A stretch of 63,746 bases of DNA, filler included, from Reclinomonas americana ATCC 50394 (lineage: Eukaryota): NCBI GenBank assembly GCA_048213135.1. It is 8 parts of 5 records of this genome, joined end to end, with 100 filler letters (N's around TTAATTAATTAA, not from the genome) between each part and the next. Parts side by side here need not be neighbours in the genome. Positions count along the whole stretch, not along the records: positions 41,301 to 53,430 come from PS015275.1; positions 53,531 to 57,106 come from PS015277.1; positions 57,207 to 60,970 come from PS015277.1; positions 61,071 to 62,493 come from PS015279.1; positions 62,594 to 63,746 come from PS015305.1; 3 more parts are not named here. One strand, 5' to 3'. This document shows positions 50,412 through 62,629 of this stretch, piece after piece (position 1 is the first letter of the stretch; every line of letters starts with the position of its first letter). Made by a program: the position numbers and the translations under genes. The notes below the pieces were generated by a model that saw nothing but the letters and a program-made list of their open reading frames with translations, did not search any database and was not told the origin of the DNA.

Positions 50412-53139
50412 TCAGTTGCCACTCTTCTTCACCTTCTTCATCTTTCTCGCTGAAGCCGCCGTCCGCCGTGCCTGCCTCCGAGAATCGCGCAAGCTGGCGG
50501 CGAAACGGCGCACCGAGTTGGCGATTTCCTTGACGGTGGGTCGCTTGGTCGGGTCCTTTTCCTGTTGTGAGGGGGAGGGAGTAAGCAAAAGGGAGGGAGG
50601 GAGGCAGTGGTGGCGGCAGAACGAACCCATGTCTTCACGAGCAGCTCGGCGATTGGCGGTGGGACCAGCGAGAGAGACAGGTAGTCCGACACGGGGCCGG
50701 CGTTCAAGCTGGCGGTGACCTGAGGCGAGGGAAGGGTGGAAGGGTGGAAGGTGAGAGGAGAGGAGAGGAGAGGAGAGGAGAGGAGAGGAGAGGAGAGGAG
50801 AGGAGAGGAGAGGAGAGGAGAGGAGAGAAAAGGTGGAGAAGAAGACAGGAGAGAAGAGGTGGGGAAGAAGACAGGAGAGAAGAGAGAATGAGTAAAAGGA
50901 GAAGAGGGGAACAGTGGCAGGTGGGAGGAGATGAGAGGCAGACGAATGGAGGAGAGGGGAAGAGGAAAACGTGGCAAGGGAGCAAAGGGAAAGAGCGCGA
51001 GGATGTGGAAACGACAGTCACGTGGTGTTGAACACAAACCTCGTCAGTGTCGACGTGCGGGAAGGCTGCGTTGCCGCTGAAAATCTCCCACAAGAGCACA
51101 CCGAGGGCGAATGCGTCGGCCTTGGCGTCGTGCGGCTGGAGAGACGAAAGAGGAGGTGAGACGCAGTGGAGAAGAACGTTGTGACAAGCTGCGAAGTTCT
51201 CCATCTCCAGCAAAGCCCATGTTCCCTTTCTATCTCATTGCTTTCCGGTCATGCATTCAGCTGCTTTTCTGCATTCGTCCTTCTCGCGTTTTTTTACCAT
51301 GTCGTACATTCTCTTTTGCAGTGTTTGTCTTTCTGTTTCTGCCAATCTCCTTTCCTCTTTTCTCTCAGCCACTGGCATTGTATTCGGCGATCTAACTCCA
51401 TTCTTCCGTCTCGTTATGCTTATGATGTCATGTTTCACAACGTCGGTGTTTATCTGTCTCTTCCATTCCTCATTTCTGTCTTCCCTCTTGACCCAATACT
51501 CGATTTTCTTTCCCTTTCGTTATTCTTGTCGATTCGTGCTTTCTCCATTTCCGTGATTATCTGTCTGCCTCAACTCACTTTCTTTCCTCTTCGCTCTCCT
51601 CCCTCATTTCACTCTTCCCTCTCGTTAATCTTGTCGATTCGCGCTTTCTCCATCTCCGTGATTATCTGTCTGCCTCAACTCACTTTCTTTCCTCTTCTCT
51701 CTCCTCCCTCATTTCACTCTTCCCTCTTCACCCCATACTCGATTTTCTCGCTTTCCCTCTCGTCATTCTTGTTGTTTCGCACTTTCTTGATTCACAGCAT
51801 ATCAGTCTGCCTCAACTCACTTTCTTTCCTCTTCTCTCTCCTCCCTCATTTCTCTCTTCCCTCTTCCCCCCATACTCGATTTTCTCGCTTTCCCTCTCGC
51901 CATTCTTGTTGTTTCGCACTTTCTTGATTCACAGCGTATCAGTCTGTCTCAACTCACTTTCTTTCCTCTTCGCTCTCCACCTCATACTCGTTTTCTCCCT
52001 TCATCCTGCATGCTGACATCCTTCCCCCATCGCTCTCCCTCCCTCCTTCTCTCTGACCTCGCATGCTGCTATCTTCTCTATCCCTCTCGTTATCCTTTCC
52101 TGTCGCGCTCTGTCCCCTCCCTCTCTCTTTGTCTCCCTCCCTCTCCCCTACAACGCACCTGGAAATTGACAATCTCCGGCGCCATGTACCCCGACGTCCC
52201 GATCAGATAGTCGTACGTGATCGGCACCGGCTCCACGGTCGTATCGGTGGCCAGCCCAAAATCGAGCAGCTTCACACTGCCTTGCTCCATGTCGATGATC
52301 ACATCTGCATGTAAACAAAGGTTAGCTGGAAGCGACAGCTTCGGCGCACAAGCGGCTCACGCAACTGTCAGTCTTCAGATCGTGGTGAATAATGCCACGC
52401 TCGTGAATGTACTCGACGCCGATGGCCAACTGCGCTGCAACCGCCGCGCGCTGTGTGCGACAAAGAGGGTGAGACTTACGCAGCCGAATGTTGGGGACAA
52501 ATTGATGATTGGTACCTGCGCCAGGCTGAGCTTCGGCTCGTGCTCGAACAGGAGGTCGTCCAGTGTGACACCAGAGCCTTGTGTAAACAGGAGTAAGGAT
52601 CTACAACCGACAACTGGGATGTCGAAGCACAAACCATGCTCCATGACCAGAGCGGCGCCATCGGGCAGGTCGTACACAATGCCCAGCACGCGCACGATGT
52701 TGGGGGAGCTGGGTGGGAGAAAGCGAGGGTAAGCGAGGGACAATCGACAACAAAGAAGCATCTCATCCTCGCTGAAGAACGCAACGACTGCAGCGACAGA
52801 ATCAGCTTGGCCTCCTCCTCCAACCGCGCCAATCCACCCTCGCGCGTGTACTTTTCGGAGCGCGCAATCTTGACGGCCACTCGTCGTCCGAGCCAGCGGC
52901 CAGAGAACACCTGAGCCGAGGAGCCTATTGCCGCACATGTGAGCCCCAAGTGCTGCAACACGAGATCACACGCGACGGTGCACCCTTGCCAAGGCGATCC
53001 TTGCGGTTGATGACCAGCTCGTCCGCGGTAATCACATTCAGCGAGCCCGGATCGTCGCGGTAGAACAGCTCGCCGTCCTGCACGTATTGGTGGTACGCCT
53101 GCGATTCTGTGTCCATCATGTCGGCGCTGGCGCGCACTT
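50412..53139 (-). CDS. Protein kinase, tyrosine-kinase-like (TKL) type, non-RD; 5' part lies in the gap
   Basis: Spliced translation: LGKG|SSAQVFSGRWLGRRVAVK, LEEEAKL, SPNIVRVLG, LVMEH, GVEYIHERGIIHHDLKTD|NVII, VKLLDFGLA, GTSGYMAPE, KADAFALGVLLWEIFSG..F, W|EKDPTKRPT, followed by a basic C-terminal tail. Confidence 0.93.
51490..51995. repeat. Degenerate tandem repeats in a kinase intron
   Basis: 'tctgcctcaactcactttctttcctcttc.ctctcctccctcatttc' and 'catactcgattttctcgctttccctctcg' recur 3-4 times. Confidence 0.8.
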
Positions 53140-53787
53140 CTGCAACAGGGGTGAGGGGGAAGGATGGGGAGTGAGTGAGTGAGTGAGGAAAAGGACCTGT
53201 CACGAGGAGTTGTCTCTTCGTTTCTCACTCTAGTTGTACACCAATCCGACAGTCGTGACACGGGGAGAAGAGCGTGGTTATTGGAACAGTGCGGAGCGCT
53301 CCCCGATCTCTTCTTCCCAGCACCCACTGCACCTAATTGCCCGACTCTCTCCCCTCTCTCTCTCTTCTGGCTGTCGTGACAAGAGGAGAATAGGCAGACA
53401 GCTGATAGTTGAACTGCTTGCATGACTCCCNNNNNNNNNNNNNNNNNNNNNNNNNNNNNNNNNNNNNNNNNNNNTTAATTAATTAANNNNNNNNNNNNNN
53501 NNNNNNNNNNNNNNNNNNNNNNNNNNNNNNAATTAGTTGGTTGGTTGGTTGGTTGGTTGGTTGGTCGGCGGTCGGTTGGTTGGTTAGTTAGTTATCTCGT
53601 AGCGTCGTTGTTTGTTTGTAAGACGACTTACCTTCCTTCCTACCCCAAACCCTAACTACGTATCTCTCTCTCTCCTCCTCCTCCTCTCTCTCTCTCCTCC
53701 CCTCCCCCTTCCCTCCTCTCTCTCCTCCCCTCCCCCTCCCTCTCTCTCTCTCTCCTCTCTCTCCCCGTTCGCCCTTTGCCTCACAGG

Positions 53788-54106
53788 ACAAGCACTGAAA
53801 CTATCACGAGCCCAGTTTACCGCCTGGTTGGACAAGAACTTGCGCGCGTTGCCGCTTGACGAGGAGCGGCGGAGAGACGCGGAAACACAGCTGTGGCGCG
53901 TCTATGAGCTGGCCTACGGGCGCATCTGGCACGCCGACAACGCAACCAGCGAGTGGAATCAGTGGTGCGTCGTGCGACGCGATCCGCCGCCATACCGACC
54001 GCCGCTGTACTGCGAAGCGCAACGGCGCAAGGTGGCCGACGAGAGCGAGGCAGAAGTTCGCCGGTGGGATCAGTTGCAGCACGCAGCAAAAGGGAAGAGT
54101 CGATGA
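53788..54106 (+). CDS. Terminal exon of a hypothetical protein
   Basis: A polypyrimidine tract and CAG acceptor precede a GC-rich open frame (QALKLSRAQFTAWLDKNLRALP..LWRVYELAYGRIWHAD..) ending in TGA. No family recognised. Confidence 0.55.
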
Positions 54107-54390
54107 CTCTCTCGTACCCAATCAGCCAGTGCTGTCGCATTGGTGCACGCCTGCAATGGTGACACTGGTTTGCCATGCAGATATCTGGCAGCTCCTGATG
54201 TTGTCAGTCTTAATTAGTGAATCAGCGTATTCTGTACTCATCATACACATGTGCAGCATCAGTCGGATTCCCTTCGGATTTACATGCGGCGCGTGGTGGA
54301 GAATGTTGGATACTACTGTCGTCGGAGAAATGTATTGATCCTTTCCGCGACAATCTATTTTTCTCCTTGCCCTTGAGAGAGAGCACACAC

Positions 54391-55562
54391 ATGTCTCCTC
54401 GTCTCTTTCTGTTCTGCGCTATTCTCCTCGCCATCGCAGTGGCCGCGACTGCCGACAGTCATCGACTTCGTGGCGTCCGCGATCGATACCGAGAAAACCA
54501 ACCAGGTCTTTGTAGAGATGCATGCTCAATTCTCCTTCAGTTTGTCCTCAAAATTCCCCTTTTATGGCAGCTTTTTCTCCCTCCACGGCCGCGGGGGAGT
54601 GCATCTGCAGTGTCAACGGCTCGTGCGACGCGAACAACAACTGCGTGTGCGCTCGTCAGTGTGTCAACATTGGTGCCGGCAATATTTGCGACAACTCCAC
54701 GCAACCCGTGCTGCTGCCCGACGTCAACGGCAACTGCTGTGGCTTTGCCTTTGGGCCGGCCTGCAACACCTCCTTCATCGACTACGTCAATGCACACAAG
54801 GTCATCCTGGTGCCGCCCTCCAACATCACCGACATTGACATTCTCAACTTTGCCCTGAACCTCGAGTACTTTGAGGCCGAGTTCTACTTGCGCGCGGCGT
54901 ACGGTGCCGGCCTCAACGACACCGACATTAGTGGCACTGGCAACTTCAACAACTCGGTGGTGAATGGCGGCCGTCGTGTCAATTTCACGTCGTCGTTTGT
55001 GCAGCAGTACGCCGAGGAGCTCGCCGCCGACGAGCTCGCCCATGTGCGTCTGCTTCGTGCGGCGCTCGGCAACAACACGGTGGCACGGCCGTCGATCGAC
55101 TTTATCACCGGCTTCAACAATGCCTCGCAGCTGTCGGGTCTGGGCGACTCGTTTGATCCGTTTGCCAATGACACCACCTTCTTGCTGGCCGCCTTCATGT
55201 TTGAGGACATTGGCGTGACGGCCTACAACGGTGCCATTACGCTGCTCGCCAATCGCGGCTACACCTCCACTGCGGCCAGGATCCTGGGCACGGAGGCGTA
55301 CCACGGAGGCCTGGTGCGCACGATTCTGGCCAGCGGGGATCACCAGTTGGCCGAGGATGCCAACAAGATTTCCGACGCCCGCGGTAAGCTCGGTGGCGGC
55401 AAGGATCAGGGCGTTCTGGACGCTGCAGGCAAGGTCAACATCACGCCGGTGGATGCCAATGGGTTGACGTTTGTGCGGAGTGTGCGCGAAGTCCTCAACT
55501 TGATCTACCTCCACATCGATGCGACGTCCGGTGGTTTCTTCCCCGATGGCATCAACGCGTAG
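54391..55562 (+). CDS. Secreted ferritin-like desiccation-related protein (PCC13-62 / Ferritin_2 type) with a Cys-rich N-terminal module (exons 54391-54505, 54571-55562)
   Basis: Signal peptide MSPRLFLFCAILLAIAVAATA. Family motifs DIDILNFALNLEYFEAEFY, ELAADELAHVRLLR, FLLAAFMFEDIGVTAYNGA, ILGTEAYHGGLVRT and GGFFPDGIN. Confidence 0.9.
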
Positions 55563-55770
55563 CGTTGCAAAGAAGTCAAGGAGGAATGGAATGAAGACAC
55601 GTGAATGGAGGAAAGGAGAAGGGAAAGGGAAAGGGGAAGGAGAGGGAACAAGAGAAGGAGAGGGAAAGGGAGAAGGAGAGGGAAAGGGAGAAGGAGAGGG
55701 AGGAGTTGGAAAGGAGAGTGAGAGGCGAAGGGGAATGGGGAAAGGGAGAAGGAGAGGCAAAGGCAGAAAT

Positions 55771-55885
55771 GGCAGAGGCAGAGGCAGAGGCAGAGGCAGA
55801 GGCAGAGGCAGAGGCAGAGGCAGAGGCAGAGGCAGAGGCAGAGGCAGAGGCAGAGGCAGAGGCAGAGGCAGAGGCAGAGGCAGAG
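55771..55885. repeat. (GGCAGA)n hexanucleotide microsatellite
   Basis: About 19 perfect units directly visible. Confidence 0.95.
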
Positions 55886-56213
55886 ACAGCGACAGCGACA
55901 GAGACAGTGGCAGTGGCAGTGACGCACACCGCGCTGATACTCTGACAAACAATGGTCATAATCAAGACAAGAGTGTTGCAGAGAGATATCAACCACTCAC
56001 CGCATGGATCGATCGCTGTGACTGCGCGTGAAGCATAAGTGTCAGTCACAAAGTCTCCGCGCCTTCATATCCCCAGAATAGAGAGACATTTTTCATTAAG
56101 TATGGAACACTGAGCACCAAAGACACGAGGAAGAAAGCAGCTGAAATCAATAGCGCTGACATTAACGTTCCTCGACAAGTGCATGCAGAACAGGGTGCAG
56201 TGACAACAAACAC

Positions 56214-56786
56214 TCAAGCCATGGCAGGTACGCCAACCGCCACCCATGTGACATACGTCTCTGTCACGCCACCGCCACTGGAGACCGCAACGTCCAGCTG
56301 ACCGAACGATCCAATCGTCGCAACGCCCTGCTGTGGAGTGGCATCTTGGTGCAGCACCGACGGATTCACCTGACCGGCACCCGCCGACTCGGTCTTCCAG
56401 CCACGCAGGAACACAGCGTACTTGAAGTCCTGTTGCAACAGGCCAAATGGCGCCTGCTCGTTATCAATCAGCGACACAATCAAGTGCTGCGCGCCGACGT
56501 GCGTCGTCTGGCCCGACAGCACCGCCAGGCCCGAGCGATTGTCGCGCGACACGGCCGCCGAGCCCGCCACAAAGTATCGCGTCGATAGTTGCTGCATGCG
56601 GCAGTCGTCTCGCACGGTCATGCGCAGCTCCGAGTTCCAGTCCGACTGCGTGGCGAGCGAGATCTCGAACGAGTCCTGACGAACACTGTTGCCTGGCTTG
56701 AGCACGCGTACCGTCGCCACGCCCATCAGCGCCGTGGCGACTGAAGGGGTGCCGTTGAACGGGAAGGCATGGGAGACCAGGATTGA
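56214..56786 (-). CDS. Terminal exon encoding beta-rich, possibly H-type-lectin-like domains
   Basis: A CAG acceptor follows a long (TC)n tract, then a ~190-aa frame. AFPFNGTPSVATALMGV at the start and YVTWVAVG at the end resemble the H-type lectin pattern (F..PF..P.V..AL.G ... V.WIA.G). The family call is tentative. Confidence 0.55.
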   Translation of the reverse strand, partial: SILVSHAFPFNGTPSVATALMGVATVRVLKPGNSVRQDSFEISLATQSDWNSELRMTVRDDCRMQQLSTRYFVAGSAAVSRDNRSGLAVLSGQTTHVGAQHLIVSLIDNEQAPFGLLQQDFKYAVFLRGWKTESAGAGQVNPSVLHQDATPQQGVATIGSFGQLDVAVSSGGGVTETYVTWVAVGVPAMA

Positions 56787-56971
56787 CTGAAGAGGGGAAG
56801 GGGGTGGGGGGGGGGGGGGGAAGGGTGGGGGTAAGTGATGAGAGAATAACAAAGGAGAGGAGAGGAGAAGAGAGGGGAAGAGAGGAGAAGAGAGGGGAAG
56901 AGAGGGGAAGAGAGGAGTGGAGAGAAAGAGAGGAGTGGAGAGAGAGAGAGGAGTGGAGAGAGAGAGAGAGT

Positions 56972-57106
<135 letters not shown>

Positions 57107-57237
57107 NNNNNNNNNNNNNNNNNNNNNNNNNNNNNNNNNNNNNNNNNNNNTTAATTAATTAANNNNNNNNNNNNNNNNNNNNNNNNNNNNNNNNNNNNNN
57201 NNNNNNTGGCAATAATCACGCAAATAAGCTCACGCAC

Positions 57238-60184
57238 CTCATGCTCGGCATGCCGACTGCGCATGGCCGCGCGTGTCTCCTTCAACTCATTCAACAACTC
57301 CTGCTCACGTCGCTGCAGGTGGCGCACAGAGGCCTGGCACTGCGCCACGCGTGTCGACCAGTCTGTGGTGTTCTCTTGCACAATGGCGGCAAGCGACTGC
57401 GTTCTCTCCCTCGCGATTTTCAGCGCCGCGTCGAGATGCTCCACGAAGCGGTCCCAGTCGTCGCTGGCAGGAATTGATCTAGCGCACACACATCAGAGAC
57501 GCAAGCGGTACGCGGGCCCTCATTGGCAAGACACAACGTACCGACGAACGAGCTGCGCATTGGCCTGTGCGAGACGCGAGGCGAATTCTTCCAGCCACGC
57601 TCCATCCACCGGCACACATCCACGTCTGTCGGAATCATCGTCAGGCGAGGCTGGCGGGCAGACGAGGAAAAAAAGAGAAGGTCACCTCTCTCCCGCGGCA
57701 GCCTCGGCCATGGCCATCAGGTCAGCCTGCACACTGCCGGCAATCTCACCCAGTTGCCTGCGCAGCGCGCCCGTTTCACCCTGCTGTGCGGGGAGCACGG
57801 AGCCCGACGACAGTGTGCGAGCCACCTGCTGCAACAATGCCAGTCCTCGTGCGCCCGTCCACATTTCGATATCTTCATTCGCGGCGGCGGGTGAGGGGAC
57901 ACGCATCGTGGTACGCACGCACGCACGCTCATATTGTCGACGCAACTCTTGAGCAAGGCCAAGCAGTCCGCCTGCTGTAGCGCACTCTCGGTGGCCGTCC
58001 GCAAGTACCGTACATAGTCGCGCGCGTGCTGCTGAACGAGAGGTTCGTACGACGAGTTTGGCGTACTTGGCGACCCGGGGTTGCTTCGTGTCGATGGCGG
58101 TGACCGGGGCGGCACAGTGGATTTCACCGACGGAGACGTTGTTGTAGTGGTGCCCGTTGCCGCAGAGGCCGCCGCGACTACCAACTCTGGTTGGAGACGC
58201 GCGTGTCGCCACGGCGCATCGCTCAGTTGCGAGTCCACGCGAGCAAACATGGAAGCCAGTGACCGCGAGGCGTCGCCTGGACACGCACACGCATTCATGG
58301 AACGATGAATGTCGACAAAGAAACGCATAGTCGCCCCTCCCCCCCAAAACACTGCCCACACACCATTGGTCGTGGCGGTGCCGGGAGACCGCGACGGAGA
58401 AGATTCGCGCGCGGCGTTTCCTTCAGTGTGCACCGGCGGCGGCACCACCGTCCACATGGGCGGATCAAAAATGGTCAGTTTGAAGCGACGTTGGTTGAGC
58501 AAGTCCGCTGCGCGCGCCGTGTCAGTCACAAACAGTTATAGACTCGCCACCTTGCATATTGATTGTACAACGCACCCACGGGCAAGTTGCAACAGAGACC
58601 GTCGGCATGATACTGCTGTCCGTCGAATCCACCCCACGAGAAGACGAGGACCGACTGCGGACCTGTGTGACCCACAACGACGCCTGCGTGACCGCTGCGA
58701 CCGCTTGGCAAATCCATGGGCGCCGGCAGCCGGTACGACAGCCAATAGTCGCGACTTGAAGCCAGATCGCGAGACGTGCCTCCATTGGAGGCGACCACCG
58801 TGTCTATTCGAGTGTTAGAGAGAGAGAGAGGAGGGGAAGAAGTGGAGCGGAGGGAGAATGCAGCAACTGTCAATGGAGCGCTTCAGCAGGAACGAGTCGT
58901 GGCAGCGGCCGGCGGCCTCCCAGCCTCCCCACAGCATCACCGCCTGACTGTCTGCATGCAGGCCGACCGACACCATCGTGGCGTAGCAGCGCTTGGATGG
59001 CATCGCGTCACCCAGCAGCGTTACCATGCGCCACGTCCACGTCACTGCATGTTCGAGGAGGTCGGGAGAGTGGGTACCACGTCTTCGATCGGGAAGACAC
59101 ATACGAGGACGCAACACGTGTTGAGGATCCAGCAATCGTCCAGCATGTTGCCGTCCTCTCCGAGACCACCAAACACCAGCAGCGAATGTGCATCGACGAG
59201 TGCAGTCGAGTGGCCTTTGCGAGCTGGCGGGGACGGCCCATCGAATCGTATCCGCGTGCTGAGTCTCGTGGCTGCGCATCATGAGAACTCTGTCTGCGCA
59301 ACCATCACCACCGCAGACGCAACTCGGATCAATCACAAACGCATCGGAGCAAAAGCCCGCCGTGTCAAACCCAAACAACACCACCACACGAATCGCCTTT
59401 TCCGCATCCACAGTCGACGGCGACGCAGCCGACGGCGACGACGACTGCTGCTGCTGTGTTGCTCCCAACGACAACAACGAGGGTGCACTGGGTGCCACCA
59501 GCACAGCATCAGCCGAGTGCCCGTTGCGCCCTGTCGGCACATCGCCACGCAGCGAGTACATTGACCAGCGGAAGCGCGATGTCGTTGCTGCAAGAAACAT
59601 TCACTTGTTGATGTACACAAGACTGGCATGCATGCCTGAGAGAGAGAGAGACGCAACAGTCGCGTTGCAGCACGTAGGCATCGTTGAGGTTCTGCCGCCC
59701 GTTCCACCCTCCAAAGAGCAAGTATCGACATCGCCGAGGAGGCGACACCGACACAAATGCATTCCACAGTGCTGTCATGCTGTGTCCCTCACGCGAGGTA
59801 GGCACATCGCCGCAGAATGAGGGCCACCGATACACACTCGTCACTAACACACAGTGAGAGAGAGTAAGTGTGTGTGTGTGTGTCGAAGAGAGCGGAGTAT
59901 TATTCAACAAAATGCAATGCACACACGCTCACCTGGATCCACTTCGACTCCATCGCCCAGGTGCCCGTGCGCATCCGAGTATCCGCCCCACACAAGTACA
60001 TTCATCGCCTGCATGCACGAGAGACACGCGCGCAACATTGTCAGCATTGTGCTCTCTCTCTCTCTCTTTCTTCTTTGCTCGCTCACTCACATCCGAGTCG
60101 GTGCTGGCGACCAGCACCGCCGAGTGTCGATGTCGAGAGAAGACCACACGCGACTGCACAGAAGCAGAAGCAGAAGCAGCAGAC
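57238..60184 (-). CDS. Kelch-repeat beta-propeller protein with C-terminal coiled coil; partial, probably extends 5' to about 60970
   Basis: Repeated Kelch signatures after splicing: SRHRHSAV..VLVWGGY, GDVPTSREGHSM..LLFGGWNGRQNLND, GDVPTGRNGHSA..VLFGF, PPARKGHS..LLVFGG, PSKRCYAT..MLWGGW, PSGRSGHA..SWGGFDG. Confidence 0.85.
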
Positions 60185-61070
60185 NNNNNNNNNNNNNNNN
60201 NNNNNNNNNNNNNNNNNNNNNNNNNNNNNNNNNNNNNNNNNNNNNNNNNNNNNNNNNNNNNNNNNNNNNNNNNNNNNNNNNNNNNNNNNNNNNNNNNNNN
60301 NNNNNNNNNNNNNNNNNNNNNNNNNNNNNNNNNNNNNNNNNNNNNNNNNNNNNNNNNNNNNNNNNNNNNNNNNNNNNNNNNNNNNNNNNNNNNNNNNNNN
60401 NNNNNNNNNNNNNNNNNNNNNNNNNNNNNNNNNNNNNNNNNNNNNNNNNNNNNNNNNNGAAGGTGTAATGGGCACCACAAGTGAGTGTGGAGGCGGTGTG
60501 CTGACACCACCATCACCACCACCGGACGAGGAGCGACTGTGAGGCGCACTGCCTCCACTGCTTGCCCGCCTCTTCTGCATCTCTTTCTCTTTCTCTATTG
60601 TATCAATTCGCGACAGTGTGGATTGCGTTGGTTTCACGCTTCGATGAAATTGTACAAAAAGGAAACACATATGAGGGCAGCAAAGGAGGAGGAGGAAAAA
60701 AGGGGGGGAGTGGAAAGGCAGAGTGGCGAAAAAGGAAGAGGGGCTCTCCCCTTCTCTCTTATGGGTTTTTTTAGTATTCGCCTGGCGAGTGTGCGCGGCG
60801 AGGTTCCGAGTGCACTGCGGTGATGCCGGAGGAGATCACTGATGAGGCGGAGACGCTGCGGGCGGCGGAATTGGAGAGGTCCACGGGGCGGTTCAGGACA
60901 CCAAAGTCCAGAGTCTGCGCCGAGTTCTCCAAGTCCCACACCATCGGCGACACGTGCAAGAACAGTCTGCNNNNNNNNNNNNNNNNNNNNNNNNNNNNNN
61001 NNNNNNNNNNNNNNTTAATTAATTAANNNNNNNNNNNNNNNNNNNNNNNNNNNNNNNNNNNNNNNNNNNN

Positions 61071-61703
61071 ACGATCGATCCACGCCTGCAACACAGTGGT
61101 GGTGAGAGAGCAATCCATATGCAAATCTCCGCGCAGTTTAAACGCAACTCTCATTGCTGTGGTGAAGTAGTACGTGGCCTCTGCGCGACGCACTTGCAGT
61201 GGCGCAACACTCTCGCCCACCGCCGGCAGTGCTGCTCTCATGTGAGACACAGACGCGCACAGAGAGCAGAGACGAGACTGTGACGCAACAGGCAATGTAC
61301 TCGGTCTGCCACGTGTCCTTGGACTCCTCCTCCTGTGCTCCACGCGCGCGTGTGTGTGTGAGCAGTCCATTGTGTCTGTGTCTGTCTGTGTGTGTGTGGC
61401 TCTTACCTCTCGATCGACTTCGTCTTCCTCAATGGGTCGCCGATCAAACCCGAGCGGACATCGCGCCCCACTGCTTCCCTCCGCCTCCGCCGGAGCTAGA
61501 GCTGGAGCTGCCACTGCACTGGCACTATCCACATCATCTGTGGCCGCAGTCGTGTCTGCGCCTCGGCCTACAGGGCATGTCGCCGCGGAGATGGCCTTGC
61601 TCTCCTCCGCAACCTCTGCGACAGGGGCATCGACCACTGCAGCAGTCTCCTGTTGCTGTTGCTGCTGTTGCTGCAGCGCGCGATGAAAAGGGCATTTATC
61701 CAT
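61071..61703 (-). CDS. Hypothetical protein (5' part) with three Cys-Pro (heme-regulatory-like) motifs
   Basis: MDKCPFH, ATCPVG and ARCPLGF lie in an acidic, Ala-rich N-terminus. Three in-frame introns lead on to ..YYFTTAMR|AWIDR at the contig end. Confidence 0.65.
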
Positions 61704-61840
61704 TGTTTGTGTGCGTGATTGTGCGCGCGAGGACAGACGAATGGACAGTCTGCGCGTGCTCGCATCCGGATATCTGCGCAACTATCTTTGTGAGAGACGC
61801 ACACACACTTGCACACACGCACACTCACGCTCGGTTTGAC
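61704..61840. promoter_or_regulatory. Putative compact bidirectional promoter / 5' UTR region
   Basis: Only 137 bp separate the divergent start codons at 61703 (-) and 61841 (+). Confidence 0.5.
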
Positions 61841-62493
61841 ATGAGAGCGGCAGCAGTGCTTTCTCAGCTGCTGCTGCTTCTGCTGCTTGTTGGCGTTGCC
61901 TCTGCAGGTAATGAATGGGTCATGTGTGTGAGTTTCACTCTCACTCTCACTCTCTCACTCACTCACTCTCTCACACACACGCAACAGCGAGGTCAGCGGA
62001 GCAAACGTATCCGTGTGCGTATGCGGCACCGTTAGTGTCTCTGGCGCCCAGTGAGCAGCTGTTCTTCACATGTCGCGAGGCAAAGACCAGTCCGCAGGCA
62101 CCTGCGGTGTCGGTTCTTGTCTCTCCACGAGGTCAGCGCGCACACACACACGCACTCTCTCTCTCTCTCTCTCCTCTGTGCACTGCTCATTCCGCGAGTG
62201 TCACGCAGATGTTGATATGACGGAGACGGTGGAGGCGTTGATTTGCCGCGGTGAACAGTGCGTGCACAGTGGCGCGTTTGGTCGTGATGGACTCGCGTGG
62301 CACGATGTGGGCATGCAGCTGGGCGCAGGCAAGGGCGACCAGTACACGCTGCAGGTGCGGCACACGGGTCACTCGATGGATGCGGTGTCGTTTGCGCTGT
62401 TGTTCGAGGTTAAGGATCCGACGGCGGCGACGGTCGACGAGGAGGATGCCGAGTCGGAGCACAGTTTGGAGGAGGATGATATGGAGGACTGGG
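61841..62493 (+). CDS. Secreted hypothetical protein (5' part, 3 exons)
   Basis: Signal peptide MRAAAVLSQLLLLLLLVGVASA. Two phase-1 GT-AG introns keep the frame open into an acidic stretch that runs into the linker. Confidence 0.7.
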
Positions 62494-62593
62494 NNNNNNN
62501 NNNNNNNNNNNNNNNNNNNNNNNNNNNNNNNNNNNNNTTAATTAATTAANNNNNNNNNNNNNNNNNNNNNNNNNNNNNNNNNNNNNNNNNNNN

Positions 62594-62629
<36 letters not shown>

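Noticed and set aside
55537-56049. RG-, AE- and SA-repeat ORFs
   Set aside because: They are frames of the (GGCAGA)n microsatellite in the region between convergent genes.
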